Positions 1 through 10,546 of a stretch of DNA of 64,000 nt are shown here, piece after piece; positions within the stretch are counted from its first letter, which is position 1, and each line of letters starts with the position of its first letter. The translations under genes and the position numbers were made by a program. The notes under the pieces were generated by a model, which saw only the letters and a program-made list of their open reading frames with translations, made no database searches and was not told where the DNA came from. The stretch is from a virus, in IMG/VR virus record IMGVR_UViG_2900837372_000002, positions 5,767 to 69,766 of that record; one strand, given 5' to 3'.

Positions 1-1621
1 TTTGAGCCAATGTCCGAATAAACTCACTATAAATCAATCCGTTTAACGAGATATAAACAATCTTTCCTTCTTTAACAACTTCTTGAATATCTAATTCTCT
101 TTTTCCTCCAGAAGTATCAAAGAGTTCACCAAGCTCACTATCCAATAACATATTGATATTGGTCTGTAAATTCTCAGAAGTCGCATACAAATAAAACGGG
201 TTCTTCTTATGTTCGTAACGAACAAACAACCGTTTAAACAACGTTTGCTCGATTTCTGTCATGAGAGAAATGTTTTCTTTTAATAATAGATAATACGTTT
301 CTAAGTCAACGGTTTTACGATCATGTTCAACGATTCGCTCTTCACTTAACTGTTCCACATCGGCAAAATCACGTTCTGTTTTGTCCATCGCTTCATTCTT
401 TTTCGTTTTTTTCTTCGTGGTTTTCTTCTTTTCTACGACCACTTTTTCTTTAAATAAATCTGGATTTTTCAACTGAATACGATCCGCAAACAAATGTAAG
501 ACGTTTCGTGGCAATAAATAATGTTGTAACCAAACTAGATTTCTTTCAATTTTATGGCTCTTTTGGAACTCGTCTAAAAGCTGAATCGTTACCTGTAATA
601 ACGCTTTGGCTGCTGTCGAATAATACACGCTTTCTGTTTCTGCTAGATTGGTTAATTTATCTCGAATGGCAATATCATTGCCATTTTTTACAGGATTATA
701 ACGCAAATCGCCACCGTCCACAAAGACTTCAATCGGGCGATTGTATGCCTCTGCCACTTCTTTTAACGCTTGTAAAGTCTCTCCTGCTCCTTTCCCATCG
801 ACTAAGATAACGGGGATACGAAACTTACACGCATGTTCTGCTAGTAATTGGATCACCGTCGTTTTTCCTGAACCTGTAGTCGCTGGAATAATCACATGTT
901 GGTTCAATTCACTAAAGTTCATCACATAAGGGAGCCCATACTCATCTGTTCCTAATAGAATCACTTTGGCTAATGAAGCCAGTTGTTTATTCCGCAAAGC
1001 AACGTCTTTTATGACAATTGCTACCTGGTACGCTTGCTGATACTCTGCTGTATATTTTTGGGACTCCTGAAATTTATTCTTCCGACGTTCCTTGTATTCT
1101 TTACTATTTAGCAAAGCTGTTTGCCGTTCTTTCTTTGAAACAACTTTTCTTTTTTCAATAAAAGACGCATACGCAATCAAACAACTTCCTGCACCTGTCC
1201 CACCTAAAAGGAGGGCAAAAATCGTTTGTCCATTAAACTGCAACGCATGAGAAAACAAGTTTAATGGAAATAATAAGTAACACGACAAATACCCTCTAGG
1301 AAGAACAAAAATAAAACAAAATAGATTTAATAGCGTAAAACCTAACGCAAAAATAAAAAAAAGAGAGCTTCTTCGTTTTAAGAAGCTCTCATACTCAAAG
1401 TCATAAATATGTGCACGTGTCTCTTTTTTATCTATCATAAAGACAATCGCTAAAGGAATACTGCCTACAATAAAAAATGGATATAGACAAACACCTAATA
1501 AAGTGACGATAAAATAAAGTTGTTGAAACCGACTTTTTGGCGTTTCTTTTTCTTGTTTTCTTTTGCGATCGACAGAAAACATTTGCTCAAAATGTGTCGG
1601 TCGTTTTGGTGCATTCATCAT
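1..1621 (-). CDS. Type IV coupling protein (TraG/VirD4/TcpA-like, FtsK-type ATPase); N-terminus at 1621, C-terminus beyond the window start (partial)
   Basis: Minus frame is open from ATG at 1619-1621 (RBS GGAGG = rc of 1633-1637) to position 1 with no stop by manual translation. Two N-terminal hydrophobic helices. Walker A IIPATTGSGKTTVIQ (rc of about 848-895). Absent from the ORF track because it has no in-window stop. Confidence 0.7.
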   Translation of the reverse strand, partial: MMNAPKRPTHFEQMFSVDRKRKQEKETPKSRFQQLYFIVTLLGVCLYPFFIVGSIPLAIVFMIDKKETRAHIYDFEYESFLKRRSSLFFIFALGFTLLNLFCFIFVLPRGYLSCYLLFPLNLFSHALQFNGQTIFALLLGGTGAGSCLIAYASFIEKRKVVSKKERQTALLNSKEYKERRKNKFQESQKYTAEYQQAYQVAIVIKDVALRNKQLASLAKVILLGTDEYGLPYVMNFSELNQHVIIPATTGSGKTTVIQLLAEHACKFRIPVILVDGKGAGETLQALKEVAEAYNRPIEVFVDGGDLRYNPVKNGNDIAIRDKLTNLAETESVYYSTAAKALLQVTIQLLDEFQKSHKIERNLVWLQHYLLPRNVLHLFADRIQLKNPDLFKEKVVVEKKKTTKKKTKKNEAMDKTERDFADVEQLSEERIVEHDRKTVDLETYYLLLKENISLMTEIEQTLFKRLFVRYEHKKNPFYLYATSENLQTNINMLLDSELGELFDTSGGKRELDIQEVVKEGKIVYISLNGLIYSEFIRTLAQ

Positions 1622-1636
1622 ACTATCGATTTCCTC

Positions 1637-3988
1637 CTATCGTTTTCGTTGTTTCATTTCTCTTCGATAAATCGGTTGTTTTTCTCGTTTTCGTTTCATT
1701 TTTGCTTGAGTTGCTCGAAACTCACTCCGTGTCTTCGGTGCTTGTTTTGGTGATTTTGTTTGTTTCATGGTTGAGTATGCTTTAGATACGGTTGAAGGCG
1801 CTTTGGTTTGTGCTGTTACTCGATTGACTGCTGACATATGTTCCCGAACCCCCTCTGGACGTCGAACAGATTTCGGTGTGGTAGAACCTGTTGCTCGTGG
1901 TACATTCCCTTTTCTTAGTGGTTTTTGTACCGCATGTTTTTGTCCTGCAACTGTCCGGGTTTTCATCGAACTTGTTTTTGTTACGGGAGTAAGTGCCTCC
2001 TTCCGACGACGACTTGTTTGTCCCTGACGACGTTTTCGATCGTTCAATTCTGTTCTAGGCGTATGCTTCTGGCCATAAGACTTGTGTTTTTGCTTTGGAT
2101 TCGCTAATGACACCACCATTGCAGAACCCTGATTGCGATACGGACTACGAGACGCACCTTTTCTACTTCTTTCTCTTAGACTAGGATTGCCTTGCAATTC
2201 TCGTTGTAATAAATCGGCTGTTTTTCTTGCCTGTTTCTCCATTGCTGTTCGTTGCATACGTTCTTGACTTTGCTCTTCTGCTTGTTTCGCTTGATCATGC
2301 AAGTCTCTTGCTTTTTGTGCCATACGTTCCATACGATTTGGTGCTTTATGACGAGGTTGTTGTGCGGATTCACGCCGAAAAGCACTTCGTGTGGCTTGTT
2401 TCGCCGTTTGTGGCATACGAACGTCTGAGCCACCCCCACGTTTTCGTTGACGTTCTTGTCTCTTCCGTGCGTTTTCTTTTTCTTTTTGTTTCTGTGCTTT
2501 TCTCGCTTCTTTGCGTTCTTTCAACCGTTGTTTGGCTTCCCTTCTCAATTTTGCTTCTGCCCCAAATGGATTTCCCGCAAAAGCTAACGCTCCTCGAACA
2601 CCCATTCTTCCAGTAAATAGACTGCCTAAAAAGCCTCGGAACAAATAAATTCCCAACGGCGCAAACAAATAAACAATGATCAAGAGAATTTTTTCCCATG
2701 GATCGTCTTGTGTACTACTTAATTGGAACCCGTAACTAAGAAAAGAAGAAAAAAGGATACATGCAAAACCTGTCATTCCTTTTAAAAACGTCAAAATACC
2801 AAAAACTTTGGCATAGTTACCAAACACATTCATTGTGACAAGAAACAATCCTAAAAAAAGTAAGAACGGCAACATCGGTACTAACAATAGTTGCATAGTT
2901 CCAATAATCAATCGAAACATACTTAAGACAAAATAAACAACGGTTTGAATCAGATTCACGACAAAATAAAACAAGGCAAATGCTGTATTTTTCCAACTAT
3001 TGTAATATTGTATGTTCTTGTTTTTCAGTGTATCTGCTTCATACTCTGTGACTTTGTCATGAATTTTCTCCCCTATTTTTGTACCTAAATCATTGTCCAA
3101 TAAAAGATTGATTCGATCATATTCTTTTCCAGCATATTTGACTTTCTTCTCACGAATTGTGTCTACATTGGTTGTGCCATAATTTAACAACAGATATGGT
3201 TCATAAACATTACTATAAAAGACCCGAGCCGCCATCAATTTGCCTGCCGTTTCCACTTTTTTATCCGCTGTTACCTCTTCTGTTTCTTTTGTTTCATAAT
3301 TTGTTTCTTCTTCAGGTGTTAACACTGGATTGACCTTCACGAACGCCGTTTCCACTGTAGAATCTAAAGAAAAAAGAACATCAAAAAGATTCTTATTTGT
3401 CCCAGAATCTTTTAATACGCTTAACCCAGTAAAAATAAGGATCGTCATAAGAAAGACACGGAGTGCTTGTTTCATTCGAGCCTCTCCAGCATATTTGATT
3501 GCCATCATAATTGCCGAAAAACTGATTCCAATAGTTCCTGCAATACTTAACATATTGTCCGCAATTTTTTGTGTTAAGTTTTGAATGGGTTCTCGAATGG
3601 CGGAAATAATATCTAATTCAAAGAGAAATTCAACCATTGAAGCATTGAATTCTCCTAACATTTTTACGCCACTCCAAACAAAATTTTTCATCACTCCTGC
3701 AACATTGTACGATAGCTTTTTTTTAAGGTTCATTGACTCATAGTCATTGGTCATCAATTCAAACGAATTCTTTTTGTAATTTTTATACAATTGATCCACA
3801 TCAGTCGTTACTTCTTTTACTTCTACTTTATCGTTGGCATTCTCTCCTTCAGAACGATCGGTTTCAGTGACACCCGCACCATCATTCATTTGATCGGCAG
3901 AAACAGTAGCCCCTTGTAGACAGAAAAAAAGACCCCCTAATAAAAGGAGCGTCCACCATTTCAGAGATTTTTTTCGCAAAAAAACCAC
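1637..3988 (-). CDS. Polytopic T4SS membrane protein (VirB6/TcpH/PrgH-like candidate) with a ~330-aa Lys/Arg/Gln-rich disordered C-terminal tail
   Basis: 783 aa. N-terminal signal-like segment followed by a cluster of 6-7 hydrophobic helices. The C-terminal half is basic low complexity (RKEARKAQKQKEKENARKRQERQRKR...). Lies between the VirB4-like and coupling-protein genes. Confidence 0.5.
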   Translation of the reverse strand: MVFLRKKSLKWWTLLLLGGLFFCLQGATVSADQMNDGAGVTETDRSEGENANDKVEVKEVTTDVDQLYKNYKKNSFELMTNDYESMNLKKKLSYNVAGVMKNFVWSGVKMLGEFNASMVEFLFELDIISAIREPIQNLTQKIADNMLSIAGTIGISFSAIMMAIKYAGEARMKQALRVFLMTILIFTGLSVLKDSGTNKNLFDVLFSLDSTVETAFVKVNPVLTPEEETNYETKETEEVTADKKVETAGKLMAARVFYSNVYEPYLLLNYGTTNVDTIREKKVKYAGKEYDRINLLLDNDLGTKIGEKIHDKVTEYEADTLKNKNIQYYNSWKNTAFALFYFVVNLIQTVVYFVLSMFRLIIGTMQLLLVPMLPFLLFLGLFLVTMNVFGNYAKVFGILTFLKGMTGFACILFSSFLSYGFQLSSTQDDPWEKILLIIVYLFAPLGIYLFRGFLGSLFTGRMGVRGALAFAGNPFGAEAKLRREAKQRLKERKEARKAQKQKEKENARKRQERQRKRGGGSDVRMPQTAKQATRSAFRRESAQQPRHKAPNRMERMAQKARDLHDQAKQAEEQSQERMQRTAMEKQARKTADLLQRELQGNPSLRERSRKGASRSPYRNQGSAMVVSLANPKQKHKSYGQKHTPRTELNDRKRRQGQTSRRRKEALTPVTKTSSMKTRTVAGQKHAVQKPLRKGNVPRATGSTTPKSVRRPEGVREHMSAVNRVTAQTKAPSTVSKAYSTMKQTKSPKQAPKTRSEFRATQAKMKRKREKQPIYRREMKQRKR

Positions 3989-4000
3989 CTCTTTTTTGTT

Positions 4001-6544
4001 TTATCGTTGTTTTTCATTTTCTAACATTGCTTGAATTTTTTCATCTTGATTTTCAGTAGAAGAAACAGCCAATAACCAACTATCAAACAACACATCAATG
4101 GCAATCGGTTGATTTCTTCCCAAATGATCCTGGAATAAACAGGTTCCTGTTTGTAATTGTTCCATCATTTCTAAATTGGCTGAATTCACTTCCATATCAA
4201 AGAAGGACAATAGTTTCTCTCGTGCTTCTTTTTGTTTCGGACGAAACGCAAATTTGTAAGAAATTAACTCTTTTTTATCTTCTTGATCGTAATCTTTAAA
4301 CGCTTGCACAACAAGGTAAATATCCGTATTATTCGCACGTCCTTTTCGCAAGCTATCATCAATCAAATAGCTTCCTTGTGCGGTATCTTCATACCCTTTT
4401 GCCTCGTCATAAATAATCGCAGCGTCTTCTTCTTTGTTTGTAGAAAAGATATACGTAAACTTCATAATGACTTCCATAATTGCCATTCCTGCAAGTTGTT
4501 CGCTATTTAATCGACCCGAATCAATCTCTTTTTGTGTCGGAATGCGTATTCCTTGTGTCCCTAACACGTTGATTTGTGAATCAAAACGTATCGGCGTACT
4601 GTGCTCATTCCCAATGAGAATCTTTCCTAAACCAACGCTATGCCCTAAAATCAATTTAGCTAGTTCTTTGTCACTTTTTCGAATTTCTTCGATAACTTGA
4701 CTTAACGAATGCTTACCTGGCATGGTGTAAACTACATCGATGGCGTCTTGGATCACCGTTTTCTTGTGGCTCGCTGTTTCTCGATTGGTATCTACTTCTC
4801 CTAACATTCCTAACACATTTTTAGCGGTTTGAATTGCCTCTTCTTTTGGTAAAAACAATAGAGGATCAAGCATCCCTCGACAGCTTTCATCTGAAGATAA
4901 CGAAATAAAATTAATTCGTTCATACATAGCCACAAACTCTGGTATGTGTCCGAATTTTTCAAGTGCCTTTAAAAAGAACTTTTGGGTTTCATTTTTCGGA
5001 TCAATATAAAGAATTTTTTGACCTAAAAACATCAGCCATAAAAAAATATATTTTACAAGGACCGATTTTCCTTTACCTGGTGGACCAATAATCAACGTAT
5101 TTCCATTGGTATGTTCCGCGCCTTCAATACTTTTCTTTGTTAAATTGGGATAATACCATACTAGTTTACTAGATAGCGCTAACGCTTCTTTCGCAGATTT
5201 AAACTTTTTTGCAATAACAATCCGTCCTAAAGGAAATCCTTTCTTATTTCCTACTTCTTTCTTTAAGTCCAAGCCATAATCTGCCACAAAACCTGTCGTA
5301 GCGACCTGCTCGTAACTACGAAAACGTTGCGTACTTCCAATTAAGCATTGATTAAACAACGTTAGCTGATCCGCTACCGATCGATAAAATTTGAAATCTG
5401 TAGACTCAATCGCAAATTCAATATCTTTGACTCGTTCTTCCAATTCTTCTTTTGAAGAAGCAGATACAACCAGCGTGACGGTAGAATAACACAATCGTTT
5501 TTCTTTGCGCTTCAGCTTATCTTTTACATCCATTAACCGTTCTGTACCAAAATTTAATACATCGTCTGAATCTAAAATGCCGTCAACGGTCTCATATTCT
5601 TTTTCTTGTTCATAAATCCGTCCAGCCATTTTATTAATTTTTCGTTCATCAGATTTTGAATGCTCAAATCGAAGTCGAATATGCGTATCAATTGGAAAAG
5701 ATAAGCTATCCTGAAGATTTTGAATAAAGCTACTCCCATACATGGCTAAAGGAGCGTCCGTTTGACTTAAAAACGTCGAATAATGCGTTTGATTCAACTG
5801 TTCAATCGCAATGTATCCTGCTTCATTCGAAATGACGCCCTCGCAAATTTCCATTGGCGTAAGCTGTCTTTCAGGCAATTTTTCTTCTGATCGATGGAAA
5901 AAATAATAATAAATTTGTCCAATCTCTTGGGCAGATAAGCGCTCTATCGGCTTATAATTGGACAATTCCGTATAGAGCTCCTTTTCTAATGTTTCATACG
6001 TTGGTAACACACTACTTATAGGAACTCGTTGTCCCGTAATACGATAGATAAACTTTTTAAAAACATGCTTAAGCAATTGAAAATATTCGATCGGATCAGA
6101 CACTTTCATTTCTGTAGTGAAACGCACAAACAGATACGTTCGATACTCGTTTAATTGCACTTCGTCTTTTAAAATCTTTCCTGCCTGTTCAAAGTACACT
6201 TTCCCAAGATCTGCGCATTCTCCCTTTACCAAATCTCGAATGGTTTCTTCAATGTGCGTATCTAGGTTAAATTGACGTGGAATATTGATAAAATGATAGT
6301 CATATTCATCATGTCCAAGTATGCCTTCGCCATCTTGAAGATAGTTCTTGAAAAAATCAATGTCATTTAAAGGAAATACTTGGGAAGAAAGTTGATAGCC
6401 TACCCACACATCATCATTTTTGGTCAAAACAAAATTTCGGATAATGGCGTCTATCGGAAATTCTAATCGAGGAAGCTTCGTTTTTTTCTTTTTGAACTGC
6501 CAAATCCCGATAATAAAGACGACCAAAAGAAACAAAAACGCCAT
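4001..6544 (-). CDS. VirB4-family T4SS ATPase (TcpF/PrgJ/TraE-like)
   Basis: 847 aa. N-terminal TM. Walker A LIIGPPGKGKSVL and Walker B AAIIYDEA. Size and operon position are typical. Confidence 0.85.
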   Translation of the reverse strand: MAFLFLLVVFIIGIWQFKKKKTKLPRLEFPIDAIIRNFVLTKNDDVWVGYQLSSQVFPLNDIDFFKNYLQDGEGILGHDEYDYHFINIPRQFNLDTHIEETIRDLVKGECADLGKVYFEQAGKILKDEVQLNEYRTYLFVRFTTEMKVSDPIEYFQLLKHVFKKFIYRITGQRVPISSVLPTYETLEKELYTELSNYKPIERLSAQEIGQIYYYFFHRSEEKLPERQLTPMEICEGVISNEAGYIAIEQLNQTHYSTFLSQTDAPLAMYGSSFIQNLQDSLSFPIDTHIRLRFEHSKSDERKINKMAGRIYEQEKEYETVDGILDSDDVLNFGTERLMDVKDKLKRKEKRLCYSTVTLVVSASSKEELEERVKDIEFAIESTDFKFYRSVADQLTLFNQCLIGSTQRFRSYEQVATTGFVADYGLDLKKEVGNKKGFPLGRIVIAKKFKSAKEALALSSKLVWYYPNLTKKSIEGAEHTNGNTLIIGPPGKGKSVLVKYIFLWLMFLGQKILYIDPKNETQKFFLKALEKFGHIPEFVAMYERINFISLSSDESCRGMLDPLLFLPKEEAIQTAKNVLGMLGEVDTNRETASHKKTVIQDAIDVVYTMPGKHSLSQVIEEIRKSDKELAKLILGHSVGLGKILIGNEHSTPIRFDSQINVLGTQGIRIPTQKEIDSGRLNSEQLAGMAIMEVIMKFTYIFSTNKEEDAAIIYDEAKGYEDTAQGSYLIDDSLRKGRANNTDIYLVVQAFKDYDQEDKKELISYKFAFRPKQKEAREKLLSFFDMEVNSANLEMMEQLQTGTCLFQDHLGRNQPIAIDVLFDSWLLAVSSTENQDEKIQAMLENEKQR

Positions 6545-6553
6545 TTACTCGAC

Positions 6554-6958
6554 TCACTCCTTCCATTTGTGTAGGGAATACGTCACTTTTTCATGGAAAA
6601 ACGGCACATACATTTCATGTTCAAAGCGTTGTTTCCGTTTCTGATAATAGGACGTTCGCCCAATTAAATACTCGAAAAAGTGTTTATTGTCCCATTTCAT
6701 TGAAAACAATGTCCAAACGAGAACACCAATCCCAAAAATCATAATCAACCAGGACTTTCGAAACAGTGTCTGCAAGAAACTAATTTGATTCACATACGCA
6801 ATCAAAAATAGGATCAAAAGAATGAAGAGAAATACCCCACCTATGACTAATTGTTCCATGCGAATGCCATTAGAAATCCAGGGAATTTTTTGTCCTTTAA
6901 TCCCGTAAATTTTGTGAGGGTGCTTAAACTCCTTTGTATAGTTGTATTCCATGTTCAC
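6554..6958 (-). CDS. Small integral membrane protein of the T4SS operon (VirB3/TcpE-like candidate)
   Basis: 134 aa with 2-3 hydrophobic helices, immediately upstream of and co-oriented with the VirB4-like gene. Confidence 0.4.
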   Translation of the reverse strand: MNMEYNYTKEFKHPHKIYGIKGQKIPWISNGIRMEQLVIGGVFLFILLILFLIAYVNQISFLQTLFRKSWLIMIFGIGVLVWTLFSMKWDNKHFFEYLIGRTSYYQKRKQRFEHEMYVPFFHEKVTYSLHKWKE

Positions 6959-7032
6959 TCTACCTCCTTTTACAAAAAAAGAAGCGACCAGAAGTTCTAA
7001 TCTTCTGATCGCTTTTGCAGTTTGTCTTTTTC

Positions 7033-7323
7033 TTATGATAATTGTATCCAGGGCACAATCATTTGCGTTACCCCCACGTTCTCTTCACTATCCTTAATAA
7101 AGATAATGTTCTTTAGCCATTCACCAATATCAACGGCATTCGATAACAATAAGACGAGCATTATCAAAATAAAGACGCCAATAATGGCAAACGCTGCCCG
7201 CGCAAAGCCTTGGGTCGCATAAGCACCAACCATTAGAACAATCGCAACGATTGCCAATAGCCAAATGACTTGTCCAGATACATCATCAAATAACGATTTA
7301 AGATCAAAAAGTTTCATTTCCAT
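7033..7323 (-). CDS. Small membrane protein (two TM helices)
   Basis: 96 aa, hydrophobic, within the operon. Confidence 0.35.
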   Translation of the reverse strand: MEMKLFDLKSLFDDVSGQVIWLLAIVAIVLMVGAYATQGFARAAFAIIGVFILIMLVLLLSNAVDIGEWLKNIIFIKDSEENVGVTQMIVPWIQLS

Positions 7324-7340
7324 TCTCCTCTAAGTTCATT

Positions 7341-8351
7341 TTATTCATTTAACGTAGTAACAAAATAACTATCGCCACTTGTTTTTACTTCCATTGAAAA
7401 GTTTGATTGGAACTCGTTTCCTTTCTCAAAATAGAAACGATACTTCCCTTGCAAAAAGTAGTTTCCTTCTTTATTTTTTACTGCATGATCCAGTTGTACA
7501 TTGATCAATTCGCCGCCTTCTAACCCTTTTTCGTTAGAAATCAATGCCAATTTTTCATCATTTTTGACATATAACTCAAAAAACCGTTTCACAAATGCTT
7601 CCAGCTTGATTTCTTCGCTTTCAGTGACCGCTTGCCCAGAAGAATAAAATCGATTTTCCTGATAGTTCACAGAATTGGTATTCTTACTCTCAGAAAGATT
7701 CAAAAATTGAACGCCATCAAGTACTTTTAAAACATTGTTTTGATAACTGACTGGAAAAGAAAGTTGACTGCTTTTCCAATGTTCTCCTTCTGTAAAAGTA
7801 ACCTCATAAAATAGGCGATACATTGCTTGTGTCAAATCGATTTCTTCTAGTTTAATAAAGCGAACATCTTTCGCTACTCGATTGGTAGCCGTCGTTACAA
7901 AGCCTAGATCAGACGCTTCCAATCCTTGTGCTAAATAATGATTGACGGAAGCCTCCCATTCGTTTCGTTTTTCTGGCGAATAAGTAAATAACCTTTCAAT
8001 AAAATGTTGTCCCTCGTACTTCAATTGTTCCGTAGAAGACAAGGTTTGGTTGACTTCAGTTAACAATGTTTCTGGATTGACTTGTTTTTTCACTGCTAAA
8101 CGCGTTAATGTATCCACTCGTCCAAAGTTTAGGAGGAGCACGACACCCATTAACAGAAACAAACAAAAAAAAGCGCCTGAAAATACACTCATGGCACTTT
8201 TTTGCGAAAATTGGATCATTCGATCTGACGGTTCTGTTTTCTTTTTTTGGAACAAAAAACGTTTCTTTTGTTTCTTTTCCTTCTGTTGTTTCGGTGGCTT
8301 AGTTTGGAACGCTTGTGGATTAAATTTTGCATTACTCATGAGAAATGCCAT
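7341..8351 (-). CDS. Bitopic membrane protein with a basic N-terminus, one TM and an extracytoplasmic domain (VirB8/TcpC-like candidate)
   Basis: 336 aa. N-terminal KQQKEKKQKK basic stretch followed by a single TM segment (GAFFCLFLLMGVVLLL). Confidence 0.4.
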   Translation of the reverse strand: MAFLMSNAKFNPQAFQTKPPKQQKEKKQKKRFLFQKKKTEPSDRMIQFSQKSAMSVFSGAFFCLFLLMGVVLLLNFGRVDTLTRLAVKKQVNPETLLTEVNQTLSSTEQLKYEGQHFIERLFTYSPEKRNEWEASVNHYLAQGLEASDLGFVTTATNRVAKDVRFIKLEEIDLTQAMYRLFYEVTFTEGEHWKSSQLSFPVSYQNNVLKVLDGVQFLNLSESKNTNSVNYQENRFYSSGQAVTESEEIKLEAFVKRFFELYVKNDEKLALISNEKGLEGGELINVQLDHAVKNKEGNYFLQGKYRFYFEKGNEFQSNFSMEVKTSGDSYFVTTLNE

Positions 8352-8679
8352 ACCGTTCTAACAATAATTTCGGTATTTTGTCCACAATCACTACTTCGTG
8401 GACAACCACACTTGCCCCCTCCAAAAAGGCAAGTGCTTCTTTGTAGGCATTTTGACTGTATTTTTTTGATAAAGCATGACAAATTTCTTGATAAAATAGT
8501 TGACTGCCTACCGAATACCGATTATTGTGTATCCGCCACAAAACGAACACACTGATTTGAATCGACGGGCGTAAAAAAGAAAAATTCTTTCCATAAGAAA
8601 AAGAACGTCCTTCTTGGGTTTCTTTTGCTTGTTCTGTTGGTACTTCTTGTACCTCTCTTATTGATTCTTGTCTCTCCAT
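8332..8679 (-). CDS. Hypothetical protein (115 aa) in the T4SS operon
   Basis: ORF is co-oriented and overlaps its neighbours by a few codons. Confidence 0.3.
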   Translation of the reverse strand: MERQESIREVQEVPTEQAKETQEGRSFSYGKNFSFLRPSIQISVFVLWRIHNNRYSVGSQLFYQEICHALSKKYSQNAYKEALAFLEGASVVVHEVVIVDKIPKLLLERYGISHE

Positions 8680-8694
8680 AACCTTCTCCTTTTC

Positions 8695-9345
8695 TTATTC
8701 TTCTAAAAGCTGTTGATTAAAGCTACTTCCCAAATTTTGCATAAACGTGATTTTCTTTGACGCTGGATCAAAGGTTACGTCAAAAATATTCATGGCATTA
8801 TTCCAGGAACTATCACCAATTTTATTGCGATACGACACCACAACGAGCCCTTGGATAGTCGCTTTTTGTGTGCTTTTTAAATAAACAGAACATTTCTCTA
8901 ATTCAGAAGACACCCCGTTTGAATCACCATAGGAAACGCCTTCTTTGAAATATTGCTTCATCAGTTTGTCAGAAAGATATGGTGCACAATTGTTTTTTCG
9001 TTCTTGAAAAGAATCAGGCTCATAATTAAACAGAACCTCGAACGCTTCTGTCACTGTTTTTTGAAAGGTTTGAATGTTTCCTTTTTCTGTTGAATCATTG
9101 TTTTTCAATTCTTCATTTGCTTTTTTTAACGTCGTGACCTCGCTTTCTACTTGTTGAAGTTGTTCTTTGAGTGACGTTACAAGGTCTTCCTGTCCTTTCT
9201 TCTCTTCTTGGAACTTGTTTATCTCCACCGTCAGTTTCTCTTCCTTTGCTGTTAGCTGTAGCTTTTCATGAATAAGAAAAAATGTACTGCCTACACCAAA
9301 TAAGAACAATCCGCCTACACAAACATAAATAAATCGTTTCTTCAT
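8695..9345 (-). CDS. Membrane-anchored coiled-coil protein (VirB8/PrgL-like candidate)
   Basis: 216 aa. N-terminal TM, then a heptad-rich segment (LKEQLQQVESEVTTLKKANEELKN), then a globular C-terminal domain. Confidence 0.4.
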   Translation of the reverse strand: MKKRFIYVCVGGLFLFGVGSTFFLIHEKLQLTAKEEKLTVEINKFQEEKKGQEDLVTSLKEQLQQVESEVTTLKKANEELKNNDSTEKGNIQTFQKTVTEAFEVLFNYEPDSFQERKNNCAPYLSDKLMKQYFKEGVSYGDSNGVSSELEKCSVYLKSTQKATIQGLVVVSYRNKIGDSSWNNAMNIFDVTFDPASKKITFMQNLGSSFNQQLLEE

Positions 9346-9355
9346 TTGACACCTC

Positions 9356-10528
9356 TTATTTCTTTATCGGTCGAGCAAAACAAATATCACCACCATTAAG
9401 CAAATACCCAAAGGATAAATTGACTTGCCCTTCACCTACACCGTTAGTATTCATTCCCCCTTGTTCGATTACTTTCGTAGAAAGTCCATGCCAATCTTCC
9501 GCTAAAACAGCTGTGTGTCCATCATTTCCCACACCAGAACCTAAGTTCACAATGATAATATCGCCAGCTTTTGCCTCGCTCTCAGGTATTTCTTGTAAGT
9601 ATTGCTTACTTCCTCTTGCGTCGCTCGTCATTGAGCCGGTAAACCACCCAACGTTCGCAGGCGTTTTATACCCTGCTTTCGTTAAAACAAGCCACACAAA
9701 GCTCGAACAATCGGCATAGCCATTTTTATCTGGATTTTCGACACTACCAAATTGTGCCCGTTGCGGTTGTGAATAATGAAAATAACCAATCAGACTTTTT
9801 GCTACGTTTAATACATTACTATCGGAAGAACTGCTTGTTCCTGTTGTTTCTAGACAATAATCGGTCAAGTCTTTACTTCCTGCGTTTGCCCCATTTTCTA
9901 ATGTAATTGAAGCGACGGGATCACTGTCATTCTTTCCTAGTTTTGCGTACCATTGATTCGCAAAAGTAATACGATTCCCCATCATTGGTATCCCTGCACG
10001 CTCAAATTTCACTTGCCACTGTTCTGTTGCTTCCTCTACGCTTTTTGCTTGTAATGCAACTTGTGAAGCTTTTTCTGTTGTGTTTAGTTCATGAATCAAA
10101 AACTCAACTTGTACACCTAAATCTGACCACTCTTTGTTTCGCTCTTTGGCAAAATTTTTCAAAGCAGTCGTTCGCCCTGCCGTCCATTGTGCAATCCCAT
10201 GCCCAGATAATGGATCGTTTGGTCGTTCAATCGCTGTGGGACTCATACTCGACTCTTGTTGAAAATTGCCTAACATACCCGCTAGACCCTCTAATGTCGT
10301 ATTTGGAATATGTTTTTGTACTTCCTTTGCAATTTGAAGCCCGTTTGTCTCCATGCCTTGGTTCGTTAATGAGATAGTACTTGCGACAATTTCGGTTGGA
10401 CTACAGTCGATTTCTTCCTCTTCAGAACCACTACTAATCAAAAGTATCATAAACAGAAAACCAAACATACATAGTAATAGTGTGGGTAGACAACCGAACC
10501 CACACCATAAAAGAAGTTTTTTCTTCAT
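9356..10528 (-). CDS. Bifunctional peptidoglycan hydrolase: TM anchor, lysozyme-like (CwlT/phage-tail-lysozyme type) domain and C-terminal CHAP/NlpC-P60 domain
   Basis: 390 aa. GIAQWT motif in the N-terminal domain. C-terminal catalytic-like Cys (YADCSSFVW) and His (GNDGHTAVL). Same architecture as conjugative CwlT/TcpG/Orf14-type hydrolases. Confidence 0.8.
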   Translation of the reverse strand: MKKKLLLWCGFGCLPTLLLCMFGFLFMILLISSGSEEEEIDCSPTEIVASTISLTNQGMETNGLQIAKEVQKHIPNTTLEGLAGMLGNFQQESSMSPTAIERPNDPLSGHGIAQWTAGRTTALKNFAKERNKEWSDLGVQVEFLIHELNTTEKASQVALQAKSVEEATEQWQVKFERAGIPMMGNRITFANQWYAKLGKNDSDPVASITLENGANAGSKDLTDYCLETTGTSSSSDSNVLNVAKSLIGYFHYSQPQRAQFGSVENPDKNGYADCSSFVWLVLTKAGYKTPANVGWFTGSMTSDARGSKQYLQEIPESEAKAGDIIIVNLGSGVGNDGHTAVLAEDWHGLSTKVIEQGGMNTNGVGEGQVNLSFGYLLNGGDICFARPIKK

Positions 10529-10546
10529 GTTTGATCCTTCATTCGC

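Noticed and set aside
508-929. Plus-strand ORFs 508..810 and 741..929
   Set aside because: They lie antisense inside the long minus-strand coupling-protein reading frame. They have no RBS and low-complexity translations. They are shadow ORFs.
1520-2699. Cluster of overlapping short ORFs on both strands (1520..2107 plus, 2176..2699 minus)
   Set aside because: All fall within or antisense to the basic low-complexity tail region of the 783-aa gene. Repetitive codons generate spurious open frames.
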